Part shown: positions 30,422-38,605 of the stretch, in pieces
How positions within the stretch are numbered: the stretch's first letter is position 1
Layout of the letters: each line of letters begins with the position of its first letter
Source of the DNA: an uncultured virus (IMG/VR IMGVR_UViG_3300008952_000017)
Taxonomy: Duplodnaviria > Heunggongvirae > Uroviricota > Caudoviricetes
Reading direction: 5' to 3' (one strand)
Length of the DNA: 64,000 bases
Virus record (IMG/VR): IMGVR_UViG_3300008952_000017
Translations under genes and position numbers: made by a program
Notes under the pieces: model-generated
What the model saw: only the letters and a program-made list of their open reading frames with translations
The model's database searches: none
Told to the model about the DNA's origin: nothing

Positions 30422-30765
30422 CCTGTCACCAAGTCCTGTGGTTGAGGTAACATTGCTGTAATTTGACTTGCTATACTTGGCTTCAAGGCCAAGATTTGGG
30501 CTCTAGATAATTCCGGCTCGGTACGCTCAATACACCGATTAAGCATGTATTTCCAGTAACCGGACAGGTCTATCTCGACTGCACCGTTTTGGTCTACACT
30601 AACCACCTCTCCGATGGCCTTCTGCGTATCCAAAAATGAGAGTTCTCTGACCCATACTTTCAAGATGCTATCCTCGTCAACTATGACGTGGCGTTCTTCG
30701 CTGGCTCCACTCACCAGCAGGCTATTTACATTTTCAACTAATTTCTTGCTGTTCTCCTGACTCAC
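30394..30765 (-). CDS. Tail assembly chaperone (lambda gpG-like)
   Basis: 123 aa between tail tube and TMP. VRELSF motif, slippery heptamer near the 3' end. Confidence 0.75.
   Translation of the reverse strand: MSQENSKKLVENVNSLLVSGASEERHVIVDEDSILKVWVRELSFLDTQKAIGEVVSVDQNGAVEIDLSGYWKYMLNRCIERTEPELSRAQILALKPSIASQITAMLPQPQDLVTGPLADGLEG
30415..30421 (-). other. Programmed -1 ribosomal frameshift slippery site C CCT TTG
   Basis: X XXY YYZ heptamer in the correct phase (GGC CCT TTG = G-P-L). The shift joins the 30119-ending ORF. Confidence 0.75.
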
Positions 30766-31156
30766 TTACGTCGCCCTCCTGGGCATCCTCTTCGCTTGAG
30801 ACTGCCTCTTCCGAGGGGGCCTCCACAGACTCGTCAGGAGCCTCTTCCAAGGGGCCTGCATCATCTGCATTTAGACGGGCGATGAGTTCCGCCTTAGTAC
30901 CTCTGACTGTCAGACCACGCTCTTGCAATATAGCACGCAGTTGTTTAACTGTCATCGACTCGTAATTAGGGGTCTCTTCAACGACCTCCTCCTCTGCTTC
31001 TTCAACAGGCTCTTCGACCATTAACTCCTCAGGGAATGGGTTGCCATCAACGGCGGCAGCCTCAGGGTTGAATACATCAACTTCCTCTTCCTCTGAAGAT
31101 ACTAGTTTCTTCACGACATTCCAGCCAGGGTGCAAACTCCATCTTCCCATCTTCAT
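30734..31156 (-). CDS. Acidic SAP-domain protein
   Basis: YESMTVKQLRAILQERGLTVRGTKAELIARL matches the SAP motif, flanked by Glu-rich disordered arms. Confidence 0.8.
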   Translation of the reverse strand: MKMGRWSLHPGWNVVKKLVSSEEEEVDVFNPEAAAVDGNPFPEELMVEEPVEEAEEEVVEETPNYESMTVKQLRAILQERGLTVRGTKAELIARLNADDAGPLEEAPDESVEAPSEEAVSSEEDAQEGDVSESGEQQEIS

Positions 31157-31159
31157 CCC

Positions 31160-33502
31160 TCAGCAGTGTAGTAGTGTATCATGAGATACAACCTTGACGT
31201 GTCTTGGCCTAATCTTCAGGTCGCTCCTGATGACTGACTTATCATCCGGTATCGGAAGTGGTGCCTCAGCGATGATGTAGTCGTCAATGATGATTCGTAC
31301 CTCCTCCCTGTTTGCTCCCGCTCCTCCTTTGACTAGGTGTAGTGTGATAGGCTCTGAGTAACCCTTAGCCCTATTGGTTCTGAACTCGTGCCACAATAGA
31401 GGGTCAGTCACGAGTATCTCCATGTCACACTCGTACTCAACAGCGCCCTCCACACTAATGCTGGGGTTCCTACTACCTGCGAACGGCACCTGTTCTAGTG
31501 AGTTACCGTCAGTATTCCTCGGTTCCATGTTCGGGTTGGCTCCAATAACTCTGTGAGTGGTGATATTATTGTTACCTGACACCTTGAACTTAGTCACCTG
31601 CGCTAGGGCCGTACCGAAGGCTGTGATAGTTCCATTGTAGAAGAAGAACGGCTTTTCAGTGTTAGGGGCAATACCAGCAATCTTCCTCTCCTTAGGGCCA
31701 TTAGCGATGTTCTCGAACATCCTGTGAGCAGTGTATCTATCGCCTGGCTCACCCCCACCAGTGAAATTGGTCTTACTCATACCAGCAGTGCCACTATCTG
31801 TGAGAGTGACAGTTGTATTCCCACCAACACCAGTAGTAGCCTGAGTTACAGTCACTACTGCTCCAGATACTGTGGCAGTGAATCTCGTTCCCGATGGGCC
31901 CGATGAAGTGTTGATGACATTCATTAGATTAGTCGCAGTTGCATCGTTTGAAGTGGTAGACTCCCATGTTCCATTGACTGAAGATTGGTCACCACAAGTA
32001 AAGTCATAGTTATTCCCATCAGTAGCAACTAGGTTCACCTTATCACCGGCATTCAATTCAGTGAAGGTGGTGATGGTGATTGTTGCTGTGGCAGCACTAC
32101 TATCCTCTAAACGGCCAGTGTCAGTATAGCACATGAGAGCATCGAAGTCGACCTTCATTTTGACTTCAGCATCTGCATCTGCATTGAGTTCCCATGACTT
32201 GACCTTACATCCCTTGTAAAGCCTAGTAAGTTGTTTGGAGTCAGTAGCAGAACCTGGCGAGCCAGCATTGTTAGTACCATCTAACTCATCAGCGTTAGAT
32301 GAGCCAATGTTTCTAGTACGCATGCTGGTCTCTATCGAGAACGATGGTTGATGCCACATACTCCACATGGCTCTTGATTGTCTATTAGTGATATCACCAA
32401 AGGTAGCAGCAGTAGTATCGAAGTTAGGACTACCATTGGAAGAAGCGTCATCACATGCTAGATACTTGATTGTCTTGCCAGCGGCGTGCTCAAAGCAGAA
32501 TGGGTCATCAATATATATCCGCTTGAAGCCAGTAGTGTTGTCTACAGCAATGACTCTCCTCATTTCATTCTTCTCACTGCTGTGGAATTGAGTCTGTGTA
32601 CCAGTCCATTTCGTACGTGTAGCAGGCTCATCAGCATAGGGTGTCAAAACCTCGTCAGTATCTACTACTAGGACATAGTCGCCCACTACTACATTCGCGA
32701 TATCACTTATGCTATCAGCGAAACCAATGTATGATGCACCCATACCGATTGCATTGGCAGTAGTACCAAGAGTGCCCTCTACAGTAGCAGGTGCTTTGAT
32801 TGCTTCATTCCCTAGAGCATAGTAGAACCATCGCGCACTGTGCATCATCGTCTCAAGAGAGCCACCTTCATTACTCATGCTTTGAGGTTCTTGGACAACT
32901 ACCTGCCTTCCGATACCCACTACATGCGAGCGTAGTATCTCGGTCTTGGTCTCAGGGAGTGAGATAGTGGCCGCCAGTCCAACGAATTGGTCTGCTAGCA
33001 CCCTCTCATCACTACTCGCTGCTACAGTGCTTGCATCAGAGTCAGGGTCCCAAGTAGGAGTATTCAAAGCGTCTATGAAAATCTCATCTCCAGCCTCTGC
33101 AGCCAAGGCACTCGCACTTGGGAGAGCGGGAGTGATGATTATCTCTTTCAGGGAAGCAGCAGTAACCGTACCAGTAGGTGATAGACCGTTTGATATGATG
33201 GTATAGACTGCCCCCTTCTCGTTATCGTATGCCTTGTAGTTGTCATTGGACGATTTGAACTTGAGTATAGAGCCAGCCAAGGCACCCACAGGGTACTTGA
33301 GATAACCATTAGCATCGAAGAAACCAGCAGTAGAGCCGCTGAAAGATAAACGAGTAGAATCCGTACTATCATTGCTGGCCCCTCCAGCCCCTGTAGTGGC
33401 AGTCCAATGTAGACCTCCAAACGCTCCCTTGCTAAGCACTATTCCTGTCTCATGGCCGAGGGTTACCTCAGCCAAATCACCTTTATACACTGTCGATGGC
33501 AT
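31160..33502 (-). CDS. Major tail tube protein with inserted accessory domains (780 aa)
   Basis: Sits between terminator and chaperones. Tube-like motifs: GGSLETM..SARWFYYALG, PSFSIE, LYKGCKVKSWEL, PFFFYNGTIT, NNITT. Confidence 0.7.
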   Translation of the reverse strand: MPSTVYKGDLAEVTLGHETGIVLSKGAFGGLHWTATTGAGGASNDSTDSTRLSFSGSTAGFFDANGYLKYPVGALAGSILKFKSSNDNYKAYDNEKGAVYTIISNGLSPTGTVTAASLKEIIITPALPSASALAAEAGDEIFIDALNTPTWDPDSDASTVAASSDERVLADQFVGLAATISLPETKTEILRSHVVGIGRQVVVQEPQSMSNEGGSLETMMHSARWFYYALGNEAIKAPATVEGTLGTTANAIGMGASYIGFADSISDIANVVVGDYVLVVDTDEVLTPYADEPATRTKWTGTQTQFHSSEKNEMRRVIAVDNTTGFKRIYIDDPFCFEHAAGKTIKYLACDDASSNGSPNFDTTAATFGDITNRQSRAMWSMWHQPSFSIETSMRTRNIGSSNADELDGTNNAGSPGSATDSKQLTRLYKGCKVKSWELNADADAEVKMKVDFDALMCYTDTGRLEDSSAATATITITTFTELNAGDKVNLVATDGNNYDFTCGDQSSVNGTWESTTSNDATATNLMNVINTSSGPSGTRFTATVSGAVVTVTQATTGVGGNTTVTLTDSGTAGMSKTNFTGGGEPGDRYTAHRMFENIANGPKERKIAGIAPNTEKPFFFYNGTITAFGTALAQVTKFKVSGNNNITTHRVIGANPNMEPRNTDGNSLEQVPFAGSRNPSISVEGAVEYECDMEILVTDPLLWHEFRTNRAKGYSEPITLHLVKGGAGANREEVRIIIDDYIIAEAPLPIPDDKSVIRSDLKIRPRHVKVVSHDTLLHC

Positions 33503-33513
33503 ACCGTCTCACC

Positions 33514-33963
33514 CTACGCGATTAGTTCACTAAAGATAACTATTTCGACCTGGAAGGTCATTCTATGAAGATGTTTAGTCCTATCTGACAAATCGGTCCT
33601 CGTTTTGTAAAGGAGCCTATCGAAATTGATGGCATCACCTTTACGCTTGGAATGTATGATACGTCGTACCTCATCTTCCATCTTCATGAGTTGGTCACGC
33701 CCTCTCACGGTACGGACATCTACTGTGATATTGATACGGGTGTGTACGAAGTCGTAGAAAACTTCAGGTTGCTCCTCATTGTGAGCAGTCTCGTATAGGA
33801 ATACACCATCACTCCTATTGAGGTCAAAGCGCTTACCACGGCCAGGGTCTAATGTGGTAATGTCCGTGATTACAGGCTTCCTTTGATTGGTATTAGCCCT
33901 ATTCCATCCATCACTTAGGACAGATTGCATAATAGCCACAGACTCTTTCGCCATTTCAATCAC
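33514..33963 (-). CDS. Putative tail terminator/completion protein
   Basis: 149 aa just upstream of the tube gene. ITVDVRT...EVRRII...RMTFQVEI pattern. Confidence 0.55.
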   Translation of the reverse strand: MIEMAKESVAIMQSVLSDGWNRANTNQRKPVITDITTLDPGRGKRFDLNRSDGVFLYETAHNEEQPEVFYDFVHTRINITVDVRTVRGRDQLMKMEDEVRRIIHSKRKGDAINFDRLLYKTRTDLSDRTKHLHRMTFQVEIVIFSELIA

Positions 33964-34231
33964 CTAACTGATGCCGCTTATAAGGCCCATTCTCTGCTGC
34001 TTGCTTACCGAGACGCACGATACGGTCGTATCTCTCATCACCAGCCTCTATCACTTTCTTGTCTTTACGAGATATTATCTCATTGCTATCATTGATATCA
34101 CAACCATCTAAATCTGACTGTTCTATCATGAGTTTTCTAGATTCTGATGAAGGGTCCCATATGCTATACCCTCGTATCGCCTTAACCAGTTCGGGGCCAA
34201 ACAACTTAGCCAGTGAAGGGAACTTAATCAA
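33956..34231 (-). CDS. Hypothetical protein (neck region)
   Basis: 91-aa ORF overlapping both neighbours, GGAGGTCA SD upstream. Confidence 0.55.
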   Translation of the reverse strand: MIKFPSLAKLFGPELVKAIRGYSIWDPSSESRKLMIEQSDLDGCDINDSNEIISRKDKKVIEAGDERYDRIVRLGKQAAENGPYKRHQLGD

Positions 34232-35837
34232 TGTTCATGACCTCCATGTATCGAGGCAGCGTCTCAGCGACTTGAGTCTTGAACAGTTGATATTTGGCAC
34301 CTAAGTCAATGTTAGTAGTACCCTCCGGCATCAACACGCTCCTGTCATCGGAGAGTAGCAGGTCCATGGCTACCATCTTAGTGCAGATGTCCTCTATTGC
34401 CTTCTCGACATAGCGCTCGCCATACACGTAAGAACACTTGACAGAGTTCCATGTGAAGTAAGGATAGGTGTTGTTGAAGTAGATGATACCTAAATCGTAG
34501 TCAGCCCACCAATCACGAAGTCTCGCTTCGTCACCTGTAGTGCTACCAAAGTAGTCTATTTTGAACTTGTATTGATTGATATCGACCCCATTAGATAAGG
34601 CCGCAAAACAACCACTGCTAGCAAGGTCTGTCACACCTGTGAGTGTGGTATCTGTCTTGGCTGTGTAATATGCACACTTCACAGAAGCCCCACTACCTGT
34701 GCATATGATACCATAAGGAGAGAGTGCTGTAGTGTCGGGTAGTGTTATCACACCACTCCCTGAGGAACCTGACGTACTAGATACCGCCTTAGTGGTGGTT
34801 GTTAGGTTAGTAGCAGACATTCCATTGAGGTTAGTGAGCCCTAGAGTAGAGTTCTCTCCACCCTCTCCACGATTCATACTAGTGAGTTTCAACTTGGAGT
34901 TTCCGTAATCAGCATTAGCAGAAGCCATAAACTCATGATGCACATTAGCAACAATGCTACCACTACTCTCAGCAGCAGTTTCAAGAGAAAACGAAGGAGA
35001 AAAGACAACACTAGATTTCCTCCTTCTAAGGTCTTTGTTAATGAGGTCGGCCAGTTGTTGAGCAGCATTAACACCATCGAAATCGGGACTCCATGTTGAT
35101 GCCGTTGACCCTACTTGAAGACTGGCTACTCCACCCCCTCCTGGGCATAAGAACAGATAATCATTAGTAGTCAAAGCACTGTGGTCTATGATTTCTAACC
35201 TTGCTTCTGCTGAACCCACCTCTCTATACTCTTGGCCTTGCCATATCTCTAATCTCAAAATCTGTTGGACGTTACGGAACAATAACGGCACAGTGCCGAC
35301 ATAATCAGTATAGTACCTGCGCCTGTAAGGCTTGTAGGTATCGAAATTGAGGTACTCTGCTGTCTGTAACATGGGCCTCCATGAATTATTGCAGAGGTTG
35401 TCTATCTTATCTTGCATGCGTAGAATCATCGTCTCTACAGCATTGCGTGTCACACCACGCCTCTTCCCGTTCGTGAAAGATTGTAAGTTCTGAACAGTGG
35501 CGTTGTCTGCGGTATCATAATCTCCTACGGTGCCACCACTCCAAGAGAGGACTACGTTTGTACCGTCCCGTGCCAAACCAGTGAGTGTGACAGTCTCCCC
35601 TAACTCAGTATCACTAGCCAACTCCACCTCATCACCCACCTCGAAACCTACTATTCGTTGGTCAGCGGGACTAATAGAACATGAGGTCGCGCTGGTATTG
35701 GAGTCAGCGACTAGATAGACAGGGTCAGGGTAAGGTATCTGCAGTATATCCGCAATCTTCTGAGCAGTTGTGTAAATGACTTGGTCAGGGAACAGTGGTC
35801 TTGGCTCACGTTCACCTGTTTGGAATACTACCGGCAT
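34224..35837 (-). CDS. Head-tail adaptor with inserted domains (537 aa)
   Basis: N-terminal IYTTAQKIADIL, middle QDKIDNLCNNSWR, C-terminal VKCSYVYG...AIEDICTKMVAMDLL. These are the hallmarks of gp6/gp15-type adaptors, split by inserts. Confidence 0.7.
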   Translation of the reverse strand: MPVVFQTGEREPRPLFPDQVIYTTAQKIADILQIPYPDPVYLVADSNTSATSCSISPADQRIVGFEVGDEVELASDTELGETVTLTGLARDGTNVVLSWSGGTVGDYDTADNATVQNLQSFTNGKRRGVTRNAVETMILRMQDKIDNLCNNSWRPMLQTAEYLNFDTYKPYRRRYYTDYVGTVPLLFRNVQQILRLEIWQGQEYREVGSAEARLEIIDHSALTTNDYLFLCPGGGGVASLQVGSTASTWSPDFDGVNAAQQLADLINKDLRRRKSSVVFSPSFSLETAAESSGSIVANVHHEFMASANADYGNSKLKLTSMNRGEGGENSTLGLTNLNGMSATNLTTTTKAVSSTSGSSGSGVITLPDTTALSPYGIICTGSGASVKCAYYTAKTDTTLTGVTDLASSGCFAALSNGVDINQYKFKIDYFGSTTGDEARLRDWWADYDLGIIYFNNTYPYFTWNSVKCSYVYGERYVEKAIEDICTKMVAMDLLLSDDRSVLMPEGTTNIDLGAKYQLFKTQVAETLPRYMEVMNID

Positions 35838-35839
35838 TA

Positions 35840-35926
35840 CTACTCACTCCTACATTCACATTGGGCAGTAAAAGGTATCATTTCACCACACGATGTACAT
35901 GGTTGAATAAACATGTACGCGCTCAT
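35840..35926 (-). CDS. Possible 28-aa Cys-rich micro-protein (MSAYMFIQPCTSCGEMIPFTAQCECRSE)
   Basis: ATG overlaps the upstream stop (ATGA), ends 2 nt before the adaptor start, CxxC...CxC. Confidence 0.4.
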   Translation of the reverse strand: MSAYMFIQPCTSCGEMIPFTAQCECRSE

Positions 35927-36195
35927 ACTTTCATATCCACCTTGCCTAAGTTGTACTCCATTGGTTTGGAGCACGCGCCGCAGCGCTCTAGATAGCAGAA
36001 GTGAAGCATACCGCAGTGTTTGCAACGTGTCCCGCTACCTATGTCCAGCACATCACGCACGTTACGTGAACGTGTATTCTGCGCTGATATTTGGCCGGCG
36101 AGCCGCTCGCGTGGACTTGCATCCTTGCGAACAGACTCACCGGTTGCGTATTCCCAGCCTTGTTTGGTAAAGCGTCGGAGGTCTTCAGCATCCAT
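35923..36195 (-). CDS. Zn-ribbon protein (90 aa)
   Basis: CKHC-x10-CGAC. GAGGTGA SD 5 nt upstream of ATG 36195 favours this start over 36228. Confidence 0.7.
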   Translation of the reverse strand: MDAEDLRRFTKQGWEYATGESVRKDASPRERLAGQISAQNTRSRNVRDVLDIGSGTRCKHCGMLHFCYLERCGACSKPMEYNLGKVDMKV

Positions 36196-36205
36196 AGTCG
36201 TCACC

Positions 36206-36379
36206 TCAAGCGGTGACAACCACGACATATAGGTTTCCCAGCATTAAGTAACTGGTTACACCTTCTACTGTTTTACCGTTAGTATAATCATCCAATACCT
36301 TCTGTATGCCACCGGCCACAGAAGCGCCAAGTTCTATTGCCTCGGAAGGCTTGAACTCAAATATCTTCGTATCAGTCAA
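36206..36379 (-). CDS. Small hypothetical protein (57 aa, TTG start, MTDTKIFEFKP...VVVVTA)
   Basis: Below the ORF-track cutoff. Fills the gap between neighbours, GGGGGT SD-like sequence upstream. Confidence 0.6.
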   Translation of the reverse strand: MTDTKIFEFKPSEAIELGASVAGGIQKVLDDYTNGKTVEGVTSYLMLGNLYVVVVTA

Positions 36380-36395
36380 GGGGTTTTACCCCCAA

Positions 36396-36638
36396 TCATC
36401 GACGGCCCAGTATAATGAACCTGCCACCAACAGACGCGTTCTCCGTAAAGTGGCACGTGGTTGTCACGTAGCCAGTCGGGTTCGCCTGTTCAGTAGCACT
36501 GTTGGCGGTCACATCAAAGTGTAGTATCTCAGACAGGTAGTCTGAGGCATCTATAGATGTATCGCCATTAGCCCATGTTCCGGTCAGTAGTAGTATGCTG
36601 CCTATTGTAATAGGTCTGTCATCAAAATTGATTGCCAT
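36396..36638 (-). CDS. Small beta-rich virion protein (80 aa, possible capsid decoration)
   Basis: MAINFDDRPITIG... start after GAGGAGGA SD. Located downstream of the MCP. Confidence 0.55.
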   Translation of the reverse strand: MAINFDDRPITIGSILLLTGTWANGDTSIDASDYLSEILHFDVTANSATEQANPTGYVTTTCHFTENASVGGRFIILGRR

Positions 36639-36642
36639 TAAA

Positions 36643-36981
36643 TCATTCCTCCTCGGTTGCGACCTCTGCCGCGAGTACTTCATCGACTCTCTCTAGCATC
36701 TTCGCCTTAGTGGCGCGGACACCAGACATCTGAACTCCATGGTCAGCCAACCAAACTTGGATGTCTGCCTTGAGCCAGTTCATGTCTGGTAGCCCATCAC
36801 CATCGTCTTGCGTAAATAGGACTCCTTGGTAGTCGTCCGTTATCTGCCAGTGAGTGTCTAAAAAGGCACCTCGACGCTCATCCAACCATTCTTGAGAAAC
36901 CTCTACAGACGTGTGTCTGTCATAGTGCCCGTGCTTGGTACGCACGGTTCTTGTTGGTCCTCTCCAAAGTATAGTCGGCAT
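36643..36981 (-). CDS. Hypothetical protein (C-terminal HeH/SAP-like helix pair)
   Basis: 112 aa, GGAGTGA SD. WLKADIQVWLADHGVQMSGVRATKAKMLERV resembles HeH/SAP. Confidence 0.6.
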   Translation of the reverse strand: MPTILWRGPTRTVRTKHGHYDRHTSVEVSQEWLDERRGAFLDTHWQITDDYQGVLFTQDDGDGLPDMNWLKADIQVWLADHGVQMSGVRATKAKMLERVDEVLAAEVATEEE

Positions 36982-36998
36982 ATGAGGTCACTCCTTAA

Positions 36999-37424
36999 TC
37001 AGACCACCATCAGCCAAAGTTCCATTGCAGTTAGGTCGTCAGTAGTACCATCAGCAGTGGCTTCCATGTCAAAAGTTAGGACCAAATCACTGGTCTTCAC
37101 TATCGCCACGTTAGCCGTTGCATCAGCACGCTGAGCGACACAAGATACAATCTTGCTGCACTCTCCTGTTAGAGTGAGTGTAGCACCTTCGGTTACATCT
37201 GCTGCTAGACTTAGCATAATCATCCTTGGGTTGTGTCTTGCTGCTACTTGGGTGTTAGTGGCTTGGAAGCCACTGAGATTCCCAGGGTAGCCGTCAGTGC
37301 TTTGGCCGTCAAGCCATAGGGTTTCGTCTTGGTCCACCCCACCTTGCAGTTGCAAGTCAAGATTCATTGTCGGTGTCCCCGCGCTCAGTGTGTAGGTTAT
37401 TCCTCTGTGTGTTATTGCTGCCAT
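36999..37424 (-). CDS. Putative capsid decoration/minor head protein
   Basis: 141 aa, beta-rich, immediately after the MCP, strong GGAGGCGA SD. Confidence 0.55.
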   Translation of the reverse strand: MAAITHRGITYTLSAGTPTMNLDLQLQGGVDQDETLWLDGQSTDGYPGNLSGFQATNTQVAARHNPRMIMLSLAADVTEGATLTLTGECSKIVSCVAQRADATANVAIVKTSDLVLTFDMEATADGTTDDLTAMELWLMVV

Positions 37425-37457
37425 TATTCATCGCCTCCTGTTATCTCTCCAAAAACC

Positions 37458-38603
37458 TCATGCAAGGTCACGGATAGAGCCTCCTGCACCAAAGAAAGAA
37501 TCCCAAACCTCACCCATGGTGCGGTAAAGACCTTCTTGGCCTAGTCTGTTGATGGCGAACGGGTCGCCAGTTTCAATACCCGACTCGAAATACTGTGTCG
37601 GTATAGCGGTTTGGAACCACAAGTAGTCTGTATCAAAGTAGTAAATCCTTGAGATACCTGATGTGTCCTGCACTACGTCCTTGGACGGAATGAGGGGCAC
37701 ACCGTTGTAGGTAGCCACAATGAACCCAGCCTCAATACCAGGCACACCCTTTACACCGTTGTAGGTGGGGGTGACCCTCTTGGACTCCATGAATCTCTGC
37801 TGGCTCTGCAATAGTTGTTGCACGCGCATTAGAGTGTCGTAGCCCGTCAGCATGACCTTGGGGTTACCACCACGGGTCCAAATCTTCTGGAATAGTCCGT
37901 CCAGTTGATTTAGGCTTAGGTTCCTGTTTGTGTTCGCTGCTGTGGACACATCGACCTCAGCACTATGGAAGTCTGCACTACCATCACGGGTGATAGAATA
38001 CAGGTCGTGGTCTGTGGTTGCGCTCACGTGACCAGTGCTGGTCGTCATCGAGTCGGGGTCTGTTGTTAGACGGTCCAATGACTCGAGGTCGTTACCTGCT
38101 GGGGTCTCCACATCTTCTAGGAGCATCCTGTTGATGTGGTCTGCGTGGTGCTTACCCATCTCTTCCTTGAGTACTTGGCGCACGTCGCCTAGACCGTCAT
38201 CCTTGTCAGAAAGGAACATGGACACTTCGCTCAAGTCGAACGAGTGACCGATGGTCTTGGGCTTTGCGGCCACGTGTAGGAAGTCAGGCTTGGTCGTGTC
38301 AGGGAGAGTAGCATTCTCAGCCAGTCCACCGCCAACCGCGAATGACGGCTTAGCGGTGATGATTCTCCATCCACTGCGTTCCCAAGGCTTCTTTGGTAGA
38401 ATACTGAACGCATTGAACTCTTGGTTCAATTGCGACCAAACCTTCCGGCCATAGATTGCCTGATAAGTACCAGCCGTGGTGCTCATTAGCGGGGCATCCG
38501 CCTTGAGTATATCTCCACTACTGTATGTGTACCCAGTCGTTGCGGTACCACCGTAGTAGTACCTCTCCATATCTTGTATTGTCCTTACGTAATTACGTGC
38601 CAT
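37458..38603 (-). CDS. Major capsid protein (HK97 fold)
   Basis: 381 aa directly after the protease. YGRKVWSQLNQE, LPKKPW, ATYNGVPLIPSKD and IYYFDTDYL are typical of archaeal tailed-virus MCPs. GGAGGTAA SD. Confidence 0.88.
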   Translation of the reverse strand: MARNYVRTIQDMERYYYGGTATTGYTYSSGDILKADAPLMSTTAGTYQAIYGRKVWSQLNQEFNAFSILPKKPWERSGWRIITAKPSFAVGGGLAENATLPDTTKPDFLHVAAKPKTIGHSFDLSEVSMFLSDKDDGLGDVRQVLKEEMGKHHADHINRMLLEDVETPAGNDLESLDRLTTDPDSMTTSTGHVSATTDHDLYSITRDGSADFHSAEVDVSTAANTNRNLSLNQLDGLFQKIWTRGGNPKVMLTGYDTLMRVQQLLQSQQRFMESKRVTPTYNGVKGVPGIEAGFIVATYNGVPLIPSKDVVQDTSGISRIYYFDTDYLWFQTAIPTQYFESGIETGDPFAINRLGQEGLYRTMGEVWDSFFGAGGSIRDLA

Positions 38604-38605
38604 AT

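Noticed and set aside
31160..33502. Contractile tail sheath (suggested by size)
   Set aside because: No sheath motifs or baseplate wedge genes are recognised. Tube-like motifs plus inserts explain the length.
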